Below, piece by piece: positions 51,348 to 63,906 of a stretch of 64,000 nt of DNA (positions within the stretch are counted from its first letter, which is position 1; each line of letters opens with the position of its first letter). The position numbers were made by a program, and so were the translations under genes. The DNA lies in assembly GCA_964016885.1 (NCBI GenBank), contig OZ024746.1, forward strand, positions 83,452,001-83,516,000, written 5' to 3'. The DNA is from Eledone cirrhosa. Its lineage: Eukaryota. Below the pieces are notes generated by a model, which saw only the letters and a program-made list of their open reading frames with translations, had not been told where the DNA came from and did no database searches.

Positions 51348-52759
51348 GCCAATGTTTTTGTATTTGGTGTTTACTGCTAAAATGCCAAATCTTGATTTCA
51401 GAATTTGTGTAACTCACACGTGTATCCTTATTTTTAGCGCAGACGTGATTATAAGGAAGTGAAAGATGGTGAACTGTTCTATATATGATCTTCACCAAAG
51501 AAATATGTTTATAATATATAAACACACACACATAATATGTATTGATCAATTCAGACACTTGTTCTAGATTGCTTATTTATTTATTTATTTTTCACTGATA
51601 CTAGTCTGACCCTGATTTGTTTCTTTTTTTTTTGTTCTGAATATAATAAATTATTGTAAAGATTTCCTCCTCAAAGAAACAAAACTAGGATATTCAGTAA
51701 GGAACGCTCTTTCTTTTTTATTTAATGCCACAAGTATAGTCTGTTACAACTATGAGGAGGTGGTTGCGTTTAAGGAACCCCCTCCCTATCCTCCATGTTT
51801 ATCCTTGGTACAGTGTAATGGACCGTGCTAGGAAAACCTGGTTAGAGATAGGGTTATATTTGGCAACAATTCTTCGACTCTCTCTCTCTCTCTCTCCCTG
51901 CTCCTTTGTCATCATGACATCAGGTAACCGTGGTTAGATTATTAACCCGACTCTTCTAATTAGAAAATTGCTGTGGTGTGTGTATACATAGACACACATA
52001 TAACTGGCTCTTTGTGTGTTAATGGTAACTGGCTCTGTCAGTGTGTATATTTATAATTTCAATTCACTATGTCTGTTTTCTCTCCCTCTCCCTCTCGTAC
52101 GTCTTTCTATTTCTATACAGTGTTTGAAACTTGGTGTGTGTTTTTTTTTAATAATTACAGAAACACATTCATAATACAGAAACATGCCCACATTTATGAT
52201 ATATGCCATATTCGTGCTATATGTTGATATTTAAAATCGAGCAGATCTAGGATCAAAGCCGTTTCAGTCATGACCATTCCTTCTTGTTTTTGTATATCAC
52301 AGACTATACACATCGCCTAATGTATCCTTGTTTTCTCTTGTTAACACATCGTCAGGTAGGATTTGAGAGATATTTGGCTGCTGTTTCTAGCAAGCTTAGC
52401 AATAATGTATAGATTCTGTCGTTTTTCAAGCATATTTATCGTGGATGAATTTTCTATTCTTAATTTTACTTTGAAAGTAAAGGATATACAAACGTCTGTG
52501 TATTTTAAGTCATAATCAAGGTGTATGTGTGTATGTAGATATCTCTCTTTCTCTCTCGTAAAGTCGCTATATGGCTTCCGCAAAGACAAGTCAACGTTGC
52601 TCTTTCTTTTGTTTCTGATAACTTTTTATCAGATTTATTCCGTGTTGTTTGTCAACACGGTCACTTTACTAGGTATACCGATGATGCTAAGCTATCAAAA
52701 ATAGTAAAAGCACCTCGATGTTATATACAGATAGGTTGAAGAAAACATAAAATTCAATG

Positions 52760-53340
52760 CAGTGAAGATTCTAAATCTTTGCTATTGGTCCTTCGATACA
52801 GTACTACCTAGATACACATGGCCAGGAGAAATTGCAACACCAGGAATTATAATGAGTAATAATGCATCGTTCCATGTGAATATTATGAAAATAGCAAAAA
52901 AATTGTAGAAGACTGGCAGGATGGATCCAAAAAATATTCTAAATAGGAGCAGAAACGGCCATGCTTGTTTTCTGGAAGACATTTATTCTCAGTTGCCTAG
53001 ATTATTGTTCCTAGCTGTGGCTGCTACATACTGCCAAGCTCATTACAGAACAGGAAGCAAGCCAAAAGACCTACAAAAAAAAAAGCATTGATTCTATTCA
53101 TCATTTGTACTATTGGGAGATGTAGAAAGCTTTGAAGTTATATTCCCTTGAAGGAAGAAAGAGTAATATGCTACCATCTGTATCTGGAGAGACTGGCAAA
53201 AACCTCAGAATTGAAAGCTATACAAATGCCCAAAGAGGGTGTCACTGAATATTTCCAAAGGATCTACCTTCTCCATTGCAAAGATATGGTAATCATCTGG
53301 CTTTCAAAGGGGCACACCTTTTCACTAGGATATACATAGA
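52760..53340 (+). pseudogene. Decayed CR1/L2-like LINE C-terminal region
   Basis: Frameshifted relic reading GIIMSNNASFH...RRLAGWI...MLVFWKTFILSCLDYCS-LW...YYWE...LKLYSLE. Confidence 0.7.
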
Positions 53341-53974
53341 GTAGATGTCAACTTTTTTCAAAATGTTTTTGGACATCCTGCTGTATAGTCTCTGACAAAC
53401 CCACATTGTAGTGGGAGACAAACTATAACAGAAATGTTCAAGACTGGTTGTCTGTGGGAACTCTTGTAGGCTTACGGCCTTATTCCCAGTCGATGATTGA
53501 GAGGAAAAGTTTCAAACATGGAAACAGGGCATAGAATAAAGTGGCTTGAAAGTAAACTTTGTAAAGCCAATGGTTCTAGTTAGCCAGAAAACAACTGTCT
53601 AGCAGCCTTGCTAGAAATACTTGTTCTGTTACTTAGGTGACCCTAATTATTAGTAGAAGAGGATGTTGCAAATGTTTAGTTGCAGTAAGAGCAGGTTGGA
53701 TAATTTCAGAGTGCTCTTAACTCTATTGGCAATAAAGGACATATTGTGTAATCCTTGGATAGGAAGTGTTATATTGCATGAGAACAGTATTGCAGAGGAT
53801 GTATAAAAACTTGAATGAAATAAAATGAGCTTTATCTATTGAATGTGCTACATGAATGATACACACACACATAGGCTTATAGAAAAATATAGGAATCAGC
53901 TGTAATGTGGCAGAGAAAAGACTACATTGGTATGGAGATGTGATGCATGTAAAGGATGATAGTTCAGGGAATAA

Positions 53975-54290
53975 CTGTCATGTTTAAATCAAGGCATTTG
54001 TCAAGATGCTGCTGCTTTTGATCGAGTGAGAAGAGCTGTGGTAGAGGACAAACTTTGCAGCAATGGAACGTATGTTCAGGTTTTCCATGAGAGTCTCTTG
54101 GCAGACTCAATAACTGATTTTGGTTATGTGAGAGGGCTGATAGTTTGTTCAGCAAATGTTCTCATGAACGAATTCACAATTTTTCTTCCACATTTCCTGA
54201 CATTTTGTTAGTTATTGGTTTCCCTGAACACTCATCATTCATCATCTTCAACTGACACATAACTGGCCTTGAAATATGTGCTACTCAAAT
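53975..54290 (-). pseudogene. Decayed mariner transposase N-terminal fragment
   Basis: LNIRSIAAKFV/PQLFSLDQKQQHLDKCLDL across a frameshift, resembling LxMRxxAAKFVPxLLxxDQKxxR. Confidence 0.65.
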
Positions 54291-57200
54291 ATTTGCATTT
54301 GATTTAAACCTCATTATCATCATTGTTTAATGTCTATTTTACATGCTTGGGTTAGATGGACTGTCAATTACTGAGGCTTGATTAGTCAGGTGACTGTGTC
54401 TTACTTGTATGCTCTGTTTTGGGCTTCCTAATGCCAAACACTTTACAGTATGTACTGGGAGCATTTTATCATGACTCCTGGACAACCACCTTACAGAGTA
54501 GACTGGATACATTTTGTTGTGGCAGCAGCTCTGCCTCATTATAGCATTAAGGGGCTCAGTGTAAACAATGTTTACTGAAGGCTTGATGAAGCATTCTAAG
54601 GGTCTCGATTGCAGATTACTAAGCTTCCTTTCAAATATGATGCAGCCTCGTTGCTTGAATTTGTCAACCATCTTAAAAATTGAAGAGCTGATCATTATCA
54701 TCATCATCATTTTTATGTTCACTTTTCCATCTTGGCAAGAGTTGAACAGGATGTTTTGAGATAATGTGGTATAGCTTGATGCCAACCCTTTTAGTTGTCT
54801 TTTACAACATGCAGGGATGCAGTGTACCTATTCTAAAAGCTATGACATGTACAGCATTGCTCTTTTACTATAATATTAGAAAACTTAGTAATATAGCTGA
54901 ACATGAGTAGATAGTATGAAGATTAAAATAGTATAGTTAATATAAAGCATTGTGAGATATGTAATAAATGACTGATAAGCTTCAGAAAACCTGTACAATG
55001 TTGTAGAAGTATATAAATGAGTCCTGAAACTTTCTGATAATACCTTGTATATGTTGGCATGCATGTGTAAACATATGTGGATGCAGCATAGCCAAATGGA
55101 TAAGAGGTTCGCTTTCAAATCATTAGGTTGTGGGTTCAATTCCACTGCATGGCATCTTGGGCAAGTGTCATTTACCATAGCCTTGGGTTGATATAAACAT
55201 TGTGAGTGAAATTGGGTAGACAGAAACCGTTTGGAAGCCTATCAGATGGACTGTACAGGTCATTCAAAGGGTCAAACCTGTTACACTGTATCATGTTGAA
55301 TCCTTTTAAAAATTATGTTATGGGTACATGTGTCAGTTAATTTTAAGAGAAGGCTGTTCTGTTGGTTGAACAACTGGAATGTTTGTCATTGAAACTGACT
55401 GCAGTCCATCAATTGATCAATGTAAATATATGTATTTTATAATTAATAAAGTCCCACTCATTTCATCTTTGGCAATGAATATTAAAATTGCTGTTTTTTG
55501 AAAACAAGAGACAAGCAATGACTGCTGGAATGATCAAGCAAGTAACCATTGAAAGTGAAGTAAACCAAATTCGTTTTTTCAATGATGACATCTAACACAC
55601 TTATGGAAAAACTACGTGGGCATTGCCGAGTAAAGGAATTCTCTTAAGATTCAAGGTTTGATTGCACAACATGACGTCTTAGATGACTGTCTTTTTAATA
55701 TAGCTCCTGATCAACTCAAGCTTTGTGAGTGGATTTGGGTCAATGGAAACTGTAGAAGCCCATTCAATGGATTGTACTTGTAATTCAAAGGACTAGACTT
55801 TTCACATTGTGTCATGTTGATTTGGTCTGAGATTTCTGTTAACATTATACGTGTCTGTAGAATATTCTGCTACTTGTATATTAATTTAACAAGTAGGTAG
55901 TTCAGTCATGTATATACACGAGTGTGTGTATTTATGTGTGTACTGAATAGTTGAATGCTCATTGTTGAAACCAATGGAGGATTCATCATGTGTAATGGCT
56001 CAAACTCACCTGGTATTTAAGAGGTGTAAGGTTCATTTCCCCACAGGCATCTCTGTTTATTTTTTTCCGTCTCCAGGAGTACCTTACCAGATTTTCTCAA
56101 CTATCTATAGTGATCAACTATTATTATAGTCATTTATGTTTGGACAACTACATTTCAAATTTTATCAATGTTTTTTTTAAAATCAACTGAATGTTCATAT
56201 GGATGTATATATTTGTGTGTATTTAGATGTACATGTATGGATTAATGTGTGTGTATAATATAAAATCATTAGACATGCAGTATACCACTTAGGTTTGTCA
56301 TATAGAATGCATGGAGTCTGCTTGACTTCAACAAACTGACCCCATTGAATAATTATCATTATCACTAGGCTGAGGTGCCATAGTGTAGACCTTGCTGTCT
56401 TTCTGACACCAAGTTATTTGAAGAGAGCTTTCCTAATGAGGTTGAGAAGGCTAAATTTTCTTTTGGAAAAAAATATGGTTAATATGGTCTTTATTGTGAA
56501 GAGCAGGTTGCTAAGCTGACTGAGACACTGGCATCAGTGAGTGGCTTATATTAAACTATATTCCCCTTGCTAAGAGCTCCTTTGTTATCTAGTAGTCAGG
56601 ACATAGATCATTTTTTTTATCAGGCATTAGACCTACATTGGCTAATGCAGGAATAAGGAGAAATAAAGAAAGAGAAGAAAATCCCTCAAAATTTGGACTT
56701 GAGAGATTGGAGAGTGTAGTGTTGAGAAAACTAAAACCAATAACATCCATCCAACAGCATGATTTCAATATTACCATCATCATCTTTGAGCAGAACAACA
56801 ATCACAAGAACTCATCAGTTCATCCCAGATATGAACAGTTACATCCTTTTGAATACATTTTGGTCTGGCAGCTAAACCTCTAAGATGTTCTGCTTCTCCA
56901 TGTGTTAGAGGAGCTGAGTATTGAACAGACTATCACCCAAAGCTAACAGAAGTTAGATTGAATGTGCACCCTTTATGATGATGAAGAACACTAAACGTCA
57001 TGAGGTTCAAATGCTTCAAGCTCAACATTTGCAATATTTATATTGACTTTTTATCACTCTAGCTGATGGACTGAAAGTTTTAGAGGCATTCATTCTTCGA
57101 GGAACTGGCATGGATAAATGATTGTCCTTAAATTCCACATTCTCTGATGCTGCTGACCAAATTTTTGAATTCAAGATGAAATAATTTCATGACTAGTCAG

Positions 57201-58129
57201 ATGATGACCGCAGCAAAATTAGCAGTCACCTGGCCCACAGAGAAAATCAGGTTGCAGACTGTAGAGGCTAGAAAATAATGCAAGGTGGAATAAAAGGTAA
57301 TGAAATCCACATATATTTAGTGTCGTGTTCAAATCCTTAAAAAATAGGAAATCTGTACAAGACAACATTCCAGTAAAGATCTTGTAGGAGGGTGAATATC
57401 TCTGCTCCAAAGTGCTATAACACAAATGTGTGGAACCAGGAACATATACCTTAACATTGGAAGAAAGATGCTAACAACATCGCTGTTTATAAAAAAACTA
57501 GGGAGACTTTTCAGTCACCTGACAAAAATGGTCTTATCCATAACAAAATCATCAGTTGAACCAAGATCAGCATATTGAGTCTTCCTCTGTAGGAACTGGC
57601 ATGGCCAACTAAACCATGGTCAACCAACTTTCAGCTGGAGGCTCAAAGAAGTGATTCAAAGACCATGTTCATTAACATTATAAATCTAGTGGACCATGCT
57701 CACCTAATATTTTTTCAGCCTTTTCACATATTCTGTATTCTACCAGCAGAGGTAATAACTCCCTAAATTTGTTCACACCATTCTTCTAACTTTCATGTTT
57801 TTTGGAACACCCACCTCCACTGCCAATAAGATGCCTAAGTGAGAAAAGCTGTCAGCTACTTATGATTCTGCCGAGTAATCAAAGAAATTTATTTCACATG
57901 TATTCTACTTACTGCTAACAACTGTGTATCTACCATATACAAAGTTTACCTTTCTTGTCAGCCTGCCTGTGATTCCATTACACTGGGTATACCATATGGA
58001 ATGTCTATCTACTGTATATAGAGCATGGCCATTTCCTTGACAACAGCAAGGTTCTGTCATCTTTCCAATTTGGTAAAACTTTAGCCTTAAAAAAAATATA
58101 TATATATTCTCCTGATTATGCTATCAAAA

Positions 58130-58475
58130 CTAGGTCATCAGCATACTGGAGTTCCCACAGACATCAGGTCTTAAATTTCTCTTTGTATGTCCTAGAGGAC
58201 GATAATAAACAAAGACGGAGCCCTGGTAGACCTACTTTTATGCTAAATTCTTGCTGACTGCACCCTCTGTACACTGCTTGTACAGTTCTGACAAGCCAAT
58301 TATTTAGCCACAGTTTCCTTAGGAACATAGCATCCTATCAAAGGCCTTCTCCAGGTTGATGAATGTTAGATATTGTAGCTTATTTCTAGCTAAATACTTC
58401 TGCAGTTGTCTTGCTTGGAAGAGAGCTTTAGTAGTACCTCCTACTGGCATAAAAGTCAAACTGCATCTCTTCTGT
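58130..58475 (-). pseudogene. Decayed LINE reverse-transcriptase fragment (RTE-like)
   Basis: Minus strand gives EMQFDF...GTTKALFQARQLQKYL...LTFINLEKAFDR. Confidence 0.65.
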
Positions 58476-58639
58476 TGCCATAACACACTCCCAACTCACA
58501 TCCATCTCTAACCAAACTATCCATTCATACACCCCTGCTTCTCCCTCCACCTTCCTTTCACCATTAGTGACTCAGCATACACCACACCCAACCACCGGAA
58601 TCCCACCAAACCACCACTACTCACTCCCTCACACAAACA

Positions 58640-59870
58640 CACTACACTTTGTCATACTATCAACAGGCCTACTCAGCTCTGAAGTCAAGTGCTCTCTTCT
58701 CAGTAGAGGTTTATACTTCATACCTGTCACATGCACCTGCAATGAGTTCCAAACACGTACTAATATTGAATGTTTTTCATGCCAAATGAGACTCCATGCC
58801 TTCTTCTATAGTACAGACTGCTTCACAAATCTCAGCCACTGACCGTCAAACTGGATGCTGAGCTCTGACCAATTCAGGGGCCTCAACTTCTTCATAGGTA
58901 CCTGCCATTGCACATTAAACTGCTTCAATTTTGGTAGGCATTCTCGATGCACCATTATCCCCCAGACTGATCTATTCACTCTCTGTAGCCTCTAGTGTTG
59001 CAACGACATCATTAAACCTGCTGATCAAGGTGACACTGTGGTGGTGTAATGTGTGGACCTCTACAAGACTGAGGCACTCTGCTAACTTTGCAACCTCTTC
59101 TTTTAATGCCTTTTACTTCTGACTCCACTTCATGCTACCAACAGCTTGTGTGCTCCATCATCTGCCTACTCATCTTTTCCTCTTTCCTCCCCTCCACTGC
59201 CACCAACCTTATTATCCATACACCTTGCACCTCTATCATCTACTTCTTCCCCAAGATACACAAACCTAACAGTCCTGGCTGTGCCATTGCCTCTAACTTT
59301 TTGATTCCCTCTCCTCTCCAGTGCTGTATGCTTCCAAGCCCTCCTTTCTGATCTTGTCACTTCATGTTTCTTTCACAACCTACCCATCTCCATCTTTAAG
59401 TGTGCCCATAATCTTCTTGATCTTCTGGTCGACAGTCCTTTCATCACCTTCCTTAGGATTCTATCTGGTTCCCTTTCCTGCTTCTGCTCTCACTATAATA
59501 CCTGTCCATTTCTTGCCAACCTTACAAATCTGACTGGCTCAAACCATCATTCCTTTCACATCCATCACTCTTTCACCTGTATCTCCATTAATGTCTTCTA
59601 TGCCCTTTGGTCTTTACTCTGCACGTCCATCTACATTGAAAAATAGGCTGCCATCTTATGGACTAATTTGCTGAGCACTTGAGGGACATGGCTTGGCAAC
59701 AACACCCTTATTGTCTGTCACTTCCATTCCTTCAATCACACCTCTCTATTTCTGGTTTTGTCTCACACAACAGATCACCAACCACTTGCTTTAGGACCAA
59801 GCAAGAATTAATGTTTAGACTTGTAACTATCATCCCAACTGGGCTTAACTCTCAACCAGGGTTTCTCTAA
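58640..59870 (+). pseudogene. Internally deleted Penelope-like element relic (Neptune-type RT N-terminus and GIY-YIG region)
   Basis: Motifs in order: LLSRGLYFIP, IIKPADQGDTVVV (cf. IKPADKG), IYFFPKIHKPNSPG (cf. YxLPKIHK), FTCISINVFY...LCTSIYIE...FAEHLRD (GIY-YIG with Cys linker), and ELMFRLVTIIPTGLN. The RT core is missing. Confidence 0.82.
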
Positions 59871-61238
59871 CCTCACACATTCAGCCATGACACAACATAC
59901 CCAGCTCATACACACATGCCCACATTATAACAGCACACAAACACCACACACACACATACTCACACAACATCCTTATATACCACTCATCACGTAAACTCAC
60001 TCACACAATATACTCCTATATACCACCCAACACACATAACTTTCACATACCCCATTACACACATGGATATCTGCCTCATAGGCCCAATAATCCTATAGCA
60101 CACAAAATTTAACCTTCTATGCATACACATATGCATCCTTTACCATGGCTACACCACACTTCACTTATACCACTCCTCTTCACTGTATATGTATTTATGC
60201 TTATACACAGCTACCGTATGTATTATCATAGTAACCCTATGTATTCACACACTAATGGCACTTAAACACATCGAGTGTGCTTGTTTCTGTGTACATATGC
60301 CACCTCCATGTGGCGCTATGTTTGCATGTGGCCTAGTACTGTGACTGTTGTTTTGAAATGCTTCATAGCATTTATTTCGGCTCCTTTTCATGTACTGGCT
60401 CTGTCTCTCTTGATATACACAGTGATCTCATCCTTTGGAATTCGGTGGTTGGTGGCTGTACTGTATTAGTGCCATATGTAATGCCATGCAGTATCTCTTT
60501 CAGACACCTGGACCATACTCATGTCATGTGACATGGTGACTTGTATGCTTGTTTTACTGCTGTCCCCTCCACTTCTGTACCATTTAAGGATCATCTCTAT
60601 TTGTGTGTGTACTTGTATGTGTATGTACAAGTACATATATAAGGTTGACCGAGCCCGTGTGTGTGACGCATATAAACACATGTACATCTACACACTAACC
60701 CAACAAACACACTCTCACACTACACCTTTTGTGTACATTGTTTTTGCCACTGTTTTTGCCTGTTCCTTTTCTCCATATTGAACAGGACCCACTTCCCTGA
60801 TAGAATCAGTCTTGTCTTCTTTCTCACTTGTTAAAACTTTGGTCATTTCTAAGTTTACTCAGGCTTTTAATTCTAAATTCTGTTTCCACAACAGGAATTC
60901 CTTCTCTTATAAGAACTAGGTTACCAGCATATAGAAGTTCATGTGGGCAGCTGATCTTAAACTCTTCTGTTATGGTTTTGGAGAACTATAATAAACAGCA
61001 TTAGGCTGAGTATAGAGCCATGATAAACATCCACCTACACACCTAATTTTTCATTAAACTCATTAACTATGATAGCACCACTGTACATGGCTAACAGAAT
61101 AATAATTATCATCAAGATTTTACATCCGCTTTTGTTTGCTTGCATGTGTTGAAAAGGTCTTCTCTAACATAGCCTGCCTCTAGTTGTTGCACTCCTTCAC
61201 CATCTCTGTGAGGTTCAGCATTTTGAGATCATCTCTGT

Positions 61239-61535
61239 CAAACACGCATTTATTAATTTTATTAAGGCTGAATACTGAGTCTTGTTACTCTGGAGTTTTC
61301 TCTGTTTATCACAGGGTCATCATACAAGAAGCTGTCAACAATCACATACGGATAGGGTCATCAGACAAGAAGCTGATAAACAGAAAAAACTCCAGAGTAA
61401 CAAGACTCAGTATTCAGCCTTAATAAAATAAATGTGTGTTTGTAGTACAGATTAAAAGTTTTAGCAATAAATTACTGCTTTAATCCTAAACGGGATCTTC
61501 TGAAACTCTGTTTTCCTATGCTGTTAGTCGGACCA
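61239..61535 (+). mobile_element. Fold-back element, family F, with decayed hammerhead motif
   Basis: Arms 61239-61311 and 61374-61442. Minus strand reads TCTTGT-(A)TGATGA-CCCTGTGATAAACAGAG-AAAAC-TCCAGA-GTA-ACAAGA. A second TCTTGT-CTGATGA-CCCT lies in the spacer. Confidence 0.7.
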
Positions 61536-61597
61536 AACTTTTCTAAGGCCAGATGCCCTTCTTGACTGCAATCCTTACATTATTTATAAAATGCAAG

Positions 61598-61786
61598 GGC
61601 GGTGGATTGGCAGTATCGGTAGAGGGTCGGACGCCATGCTTTGACGCATAGAGTTACGGCCCTTTCCATTCTGAGTTCAAATCCCGCCGAGGTTAACTTT
61701 GCCTTTCATCCTTACGGGGTCGATAAAATAAAGTACCAGTCATGTACTGAGTAATTGCTGGCCTTGTGCCAAAAGTAGAAACAATT
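61598..61786 (+). mobile_element. Full-length young S1 SINE with 20-bp TSD
   Basis: ATTATTTATAAAATGCAAGG at 61579-61598 and 61784-61803; intact A and B boxes. Confidence 0.93.
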
Positions 61787-62312
61787 ATTTATAAAATGCA
61801 AGGTATTGGCTTTCACATATCCAACCCCTGTACTGTGGATGTTTATTCACGCGGGACATAAACAAACTTCACCGCTTGCGGTGAGAAATGCGATGCGGAG
61901 ACCAATACATACATATATCGTCATGGCAATTGGTCATTTTCAATGAGGCGGAGCATATAGCTCTCCAGGCCTAAATATAGCCAATTTCTTCCAGTGCGAA
62001 AGAGAAACGTTGATCCCAGTACTGTACTATTTGAAGTCCGTTTCTTATTCAACCAAGATTGCGTTCACCTTTCACGTTTTGGATATTCACCCAGAAACTT
62101 ATATATATGTATATATATATATATATATATAATAATTGTTTCTACTTTTTTGCCACAAGGCCAGCAATTATCCAGTGTATTACTGGTACTTTATTTTATC
62201 GACCCCGTAAGGATGAAAGGCAAAGTCAACCTCGGCGGGATTTGAACTCAGATCGTAAAGGGACGTAACTAATAATACTATTTATAGTTATGTATATAGT
62301 ATAATTTATTTA

Positions 62313-62354
<42 letters not shown>

Positions 62355-62445
62355 AAAACACGTGTGGCATATACAGGAAATTGAAAACTCGGAAGAAACA
62401 AGCTCTGGACAATTCCCGCTCATCGGATGTTTCCAACTCTATATA

Positions 62446-62538
62446 CAGGGTGTCCCCAAAAATGTATACACACTTTGATTACCTGTACAGACAATATTTA
62501 TTACAATGAAATGTGTATACATTTTTTGAGACACCCTG
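62446..62538. mobile_element. Tc1/mariner-type MITE
   Basis: TA-CAGGGTGTC...GACACCCTG-TA. Confidence 0.85.
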
Positions 62539-62573
62539 TATATATGTGTGTGTGTGTGTGTATATATATATGC

Positions 62574-62643
<70 letters not shown>

Positions 62644-63320
62644 ATATATATATGTGTGTGTGTGTGTATATATGTGTGTGTGTGTGTGTATATATATATA
62701 ATATATATCAAGATAAACAAGACGAACAGAGATACAATAACACAGTTATTTATACACACGCAACAGGCTTCCGTCTAGTTTCTGTCTACGAATTTCTCTC
62801 AAAAAAAAACTACCTAACCACACACACATATACTATTAGACGTCTCTACATATACAAATGTGTGCGTGTTCATATTAATAAAATCTCTCCTCTCACTCCC
62901 TTGTTTCTCCTCTATTATTTTCTACCTCCCTCACGCAATACATCCACACACCTGCCTGATAAACAGTACAGATAATGTTTTGTTGTTTGTTTATTTATTT
63001 TTTCACATTACGGAGCTTTATAAAAAGAAGTTGCTATTGCTGGATGGATGACCTTGCCATAGATTGATCAACGATTACAGTTGCCAATTTGTTGTTATTC
63101 CCGCTTCCTGCCTTTGTTACAAACTATTGGTGCCGTAGGTATAGAACTGAGTCATTGTGAATTAAGTTATTTATTTCCGAGTTCAAATCTCGTCGGTCTT
63201 CTCTCTTATTTCCATCCTTCTTGAGGTTGATATAATAAGCAATAGTAATATTAATTTTCAATCGACTGGTTATATACTATTCCACATATTTGTATTTTGA
63301 AAATTTATATATATATGTAT

Positions 63321-63480
63321 ATAGGAAAAGAGCCAGGACCCCGACGGCTGAGCTCTGACCGTTTCGACAGCTAAATCCGAACTGAGTTCGGATCTAGCTG
63401 TTACCCACTCCACTTCCCTAAGTATCAAGTACTCTGGTGCGTTATGGGCCACCTGGTTCCTTACCACACTTTCTTTGTTA
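63321..63480 (+). mobile_element. Family A element with most of the right arm deleted
   Basis: Left arm, hairpin ACAGCTAAATCCGAACTGAGTTCGGATCTAGCTGT, then directly the TACCCACTC...AAGTACTCTGGTGCGTTATGG tail; TA-rich flanks. Confidence 0.75.
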
Positions 63481-63579
63481 TATATATATATAAAAATAAT
63501 AATGGTTATCTTGAACTTTCTCGCGTTCAGAAAACAAAAAAATGATTTAACGCAGAAAAGTTCAAGATAACCTATATAA

Positions 63580-63906
63580 GGGGTGACGTCCATACTCAAA
63601 TCGTCATGCAAAACGTCAAAATGACGTTTTGGACGTGACCCACCCACCCAGTACCGAAAACGCCAAGCGTGACAAAGATGAAAAACACTCATAAAATCCC
63701 TCAATTGACTTAGGGTTAAAAATTTCAGGGGGAGAGGGCACATAAGTCTAAATAAAATGGCAGAATACGTTGGCTGTTGACAGGTGCCTGTTGGAGGTTC
63801 TTAATTTATGATTATACGCAAAACGTCACAATCTTTTCTCAAAACCCACCCGCCCAAAACGTCATTTTGACGTTTTGCATGGCAATTTGAGTATAGACGT
63901 CGCCCC
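63580..63906. mobile_element. PIF/Harbinger-type (Tourist-like) MITE
   Basis: About 53-bp TIRs beginning GGGG(T/C)GACGTC, with a 3-bp TAA duplication at 63577-63579 and 63907-63909. Confidence 0.88.

Noticed and set aside
56620-57600. Possible host coding exon (ORF 56638..56883)
   Set aside because: Downstream sequence shows decayed LINE-like motifs with stops and frameshifts and no clear splice sites. Probably an old retroelement, too degraded to classify.
62360-62440. Hammerhead-like CCGATGA plus stem on the minus strand
   Set aside because: The core is altered and no GAAA follows the stem, so it cannot be supported.
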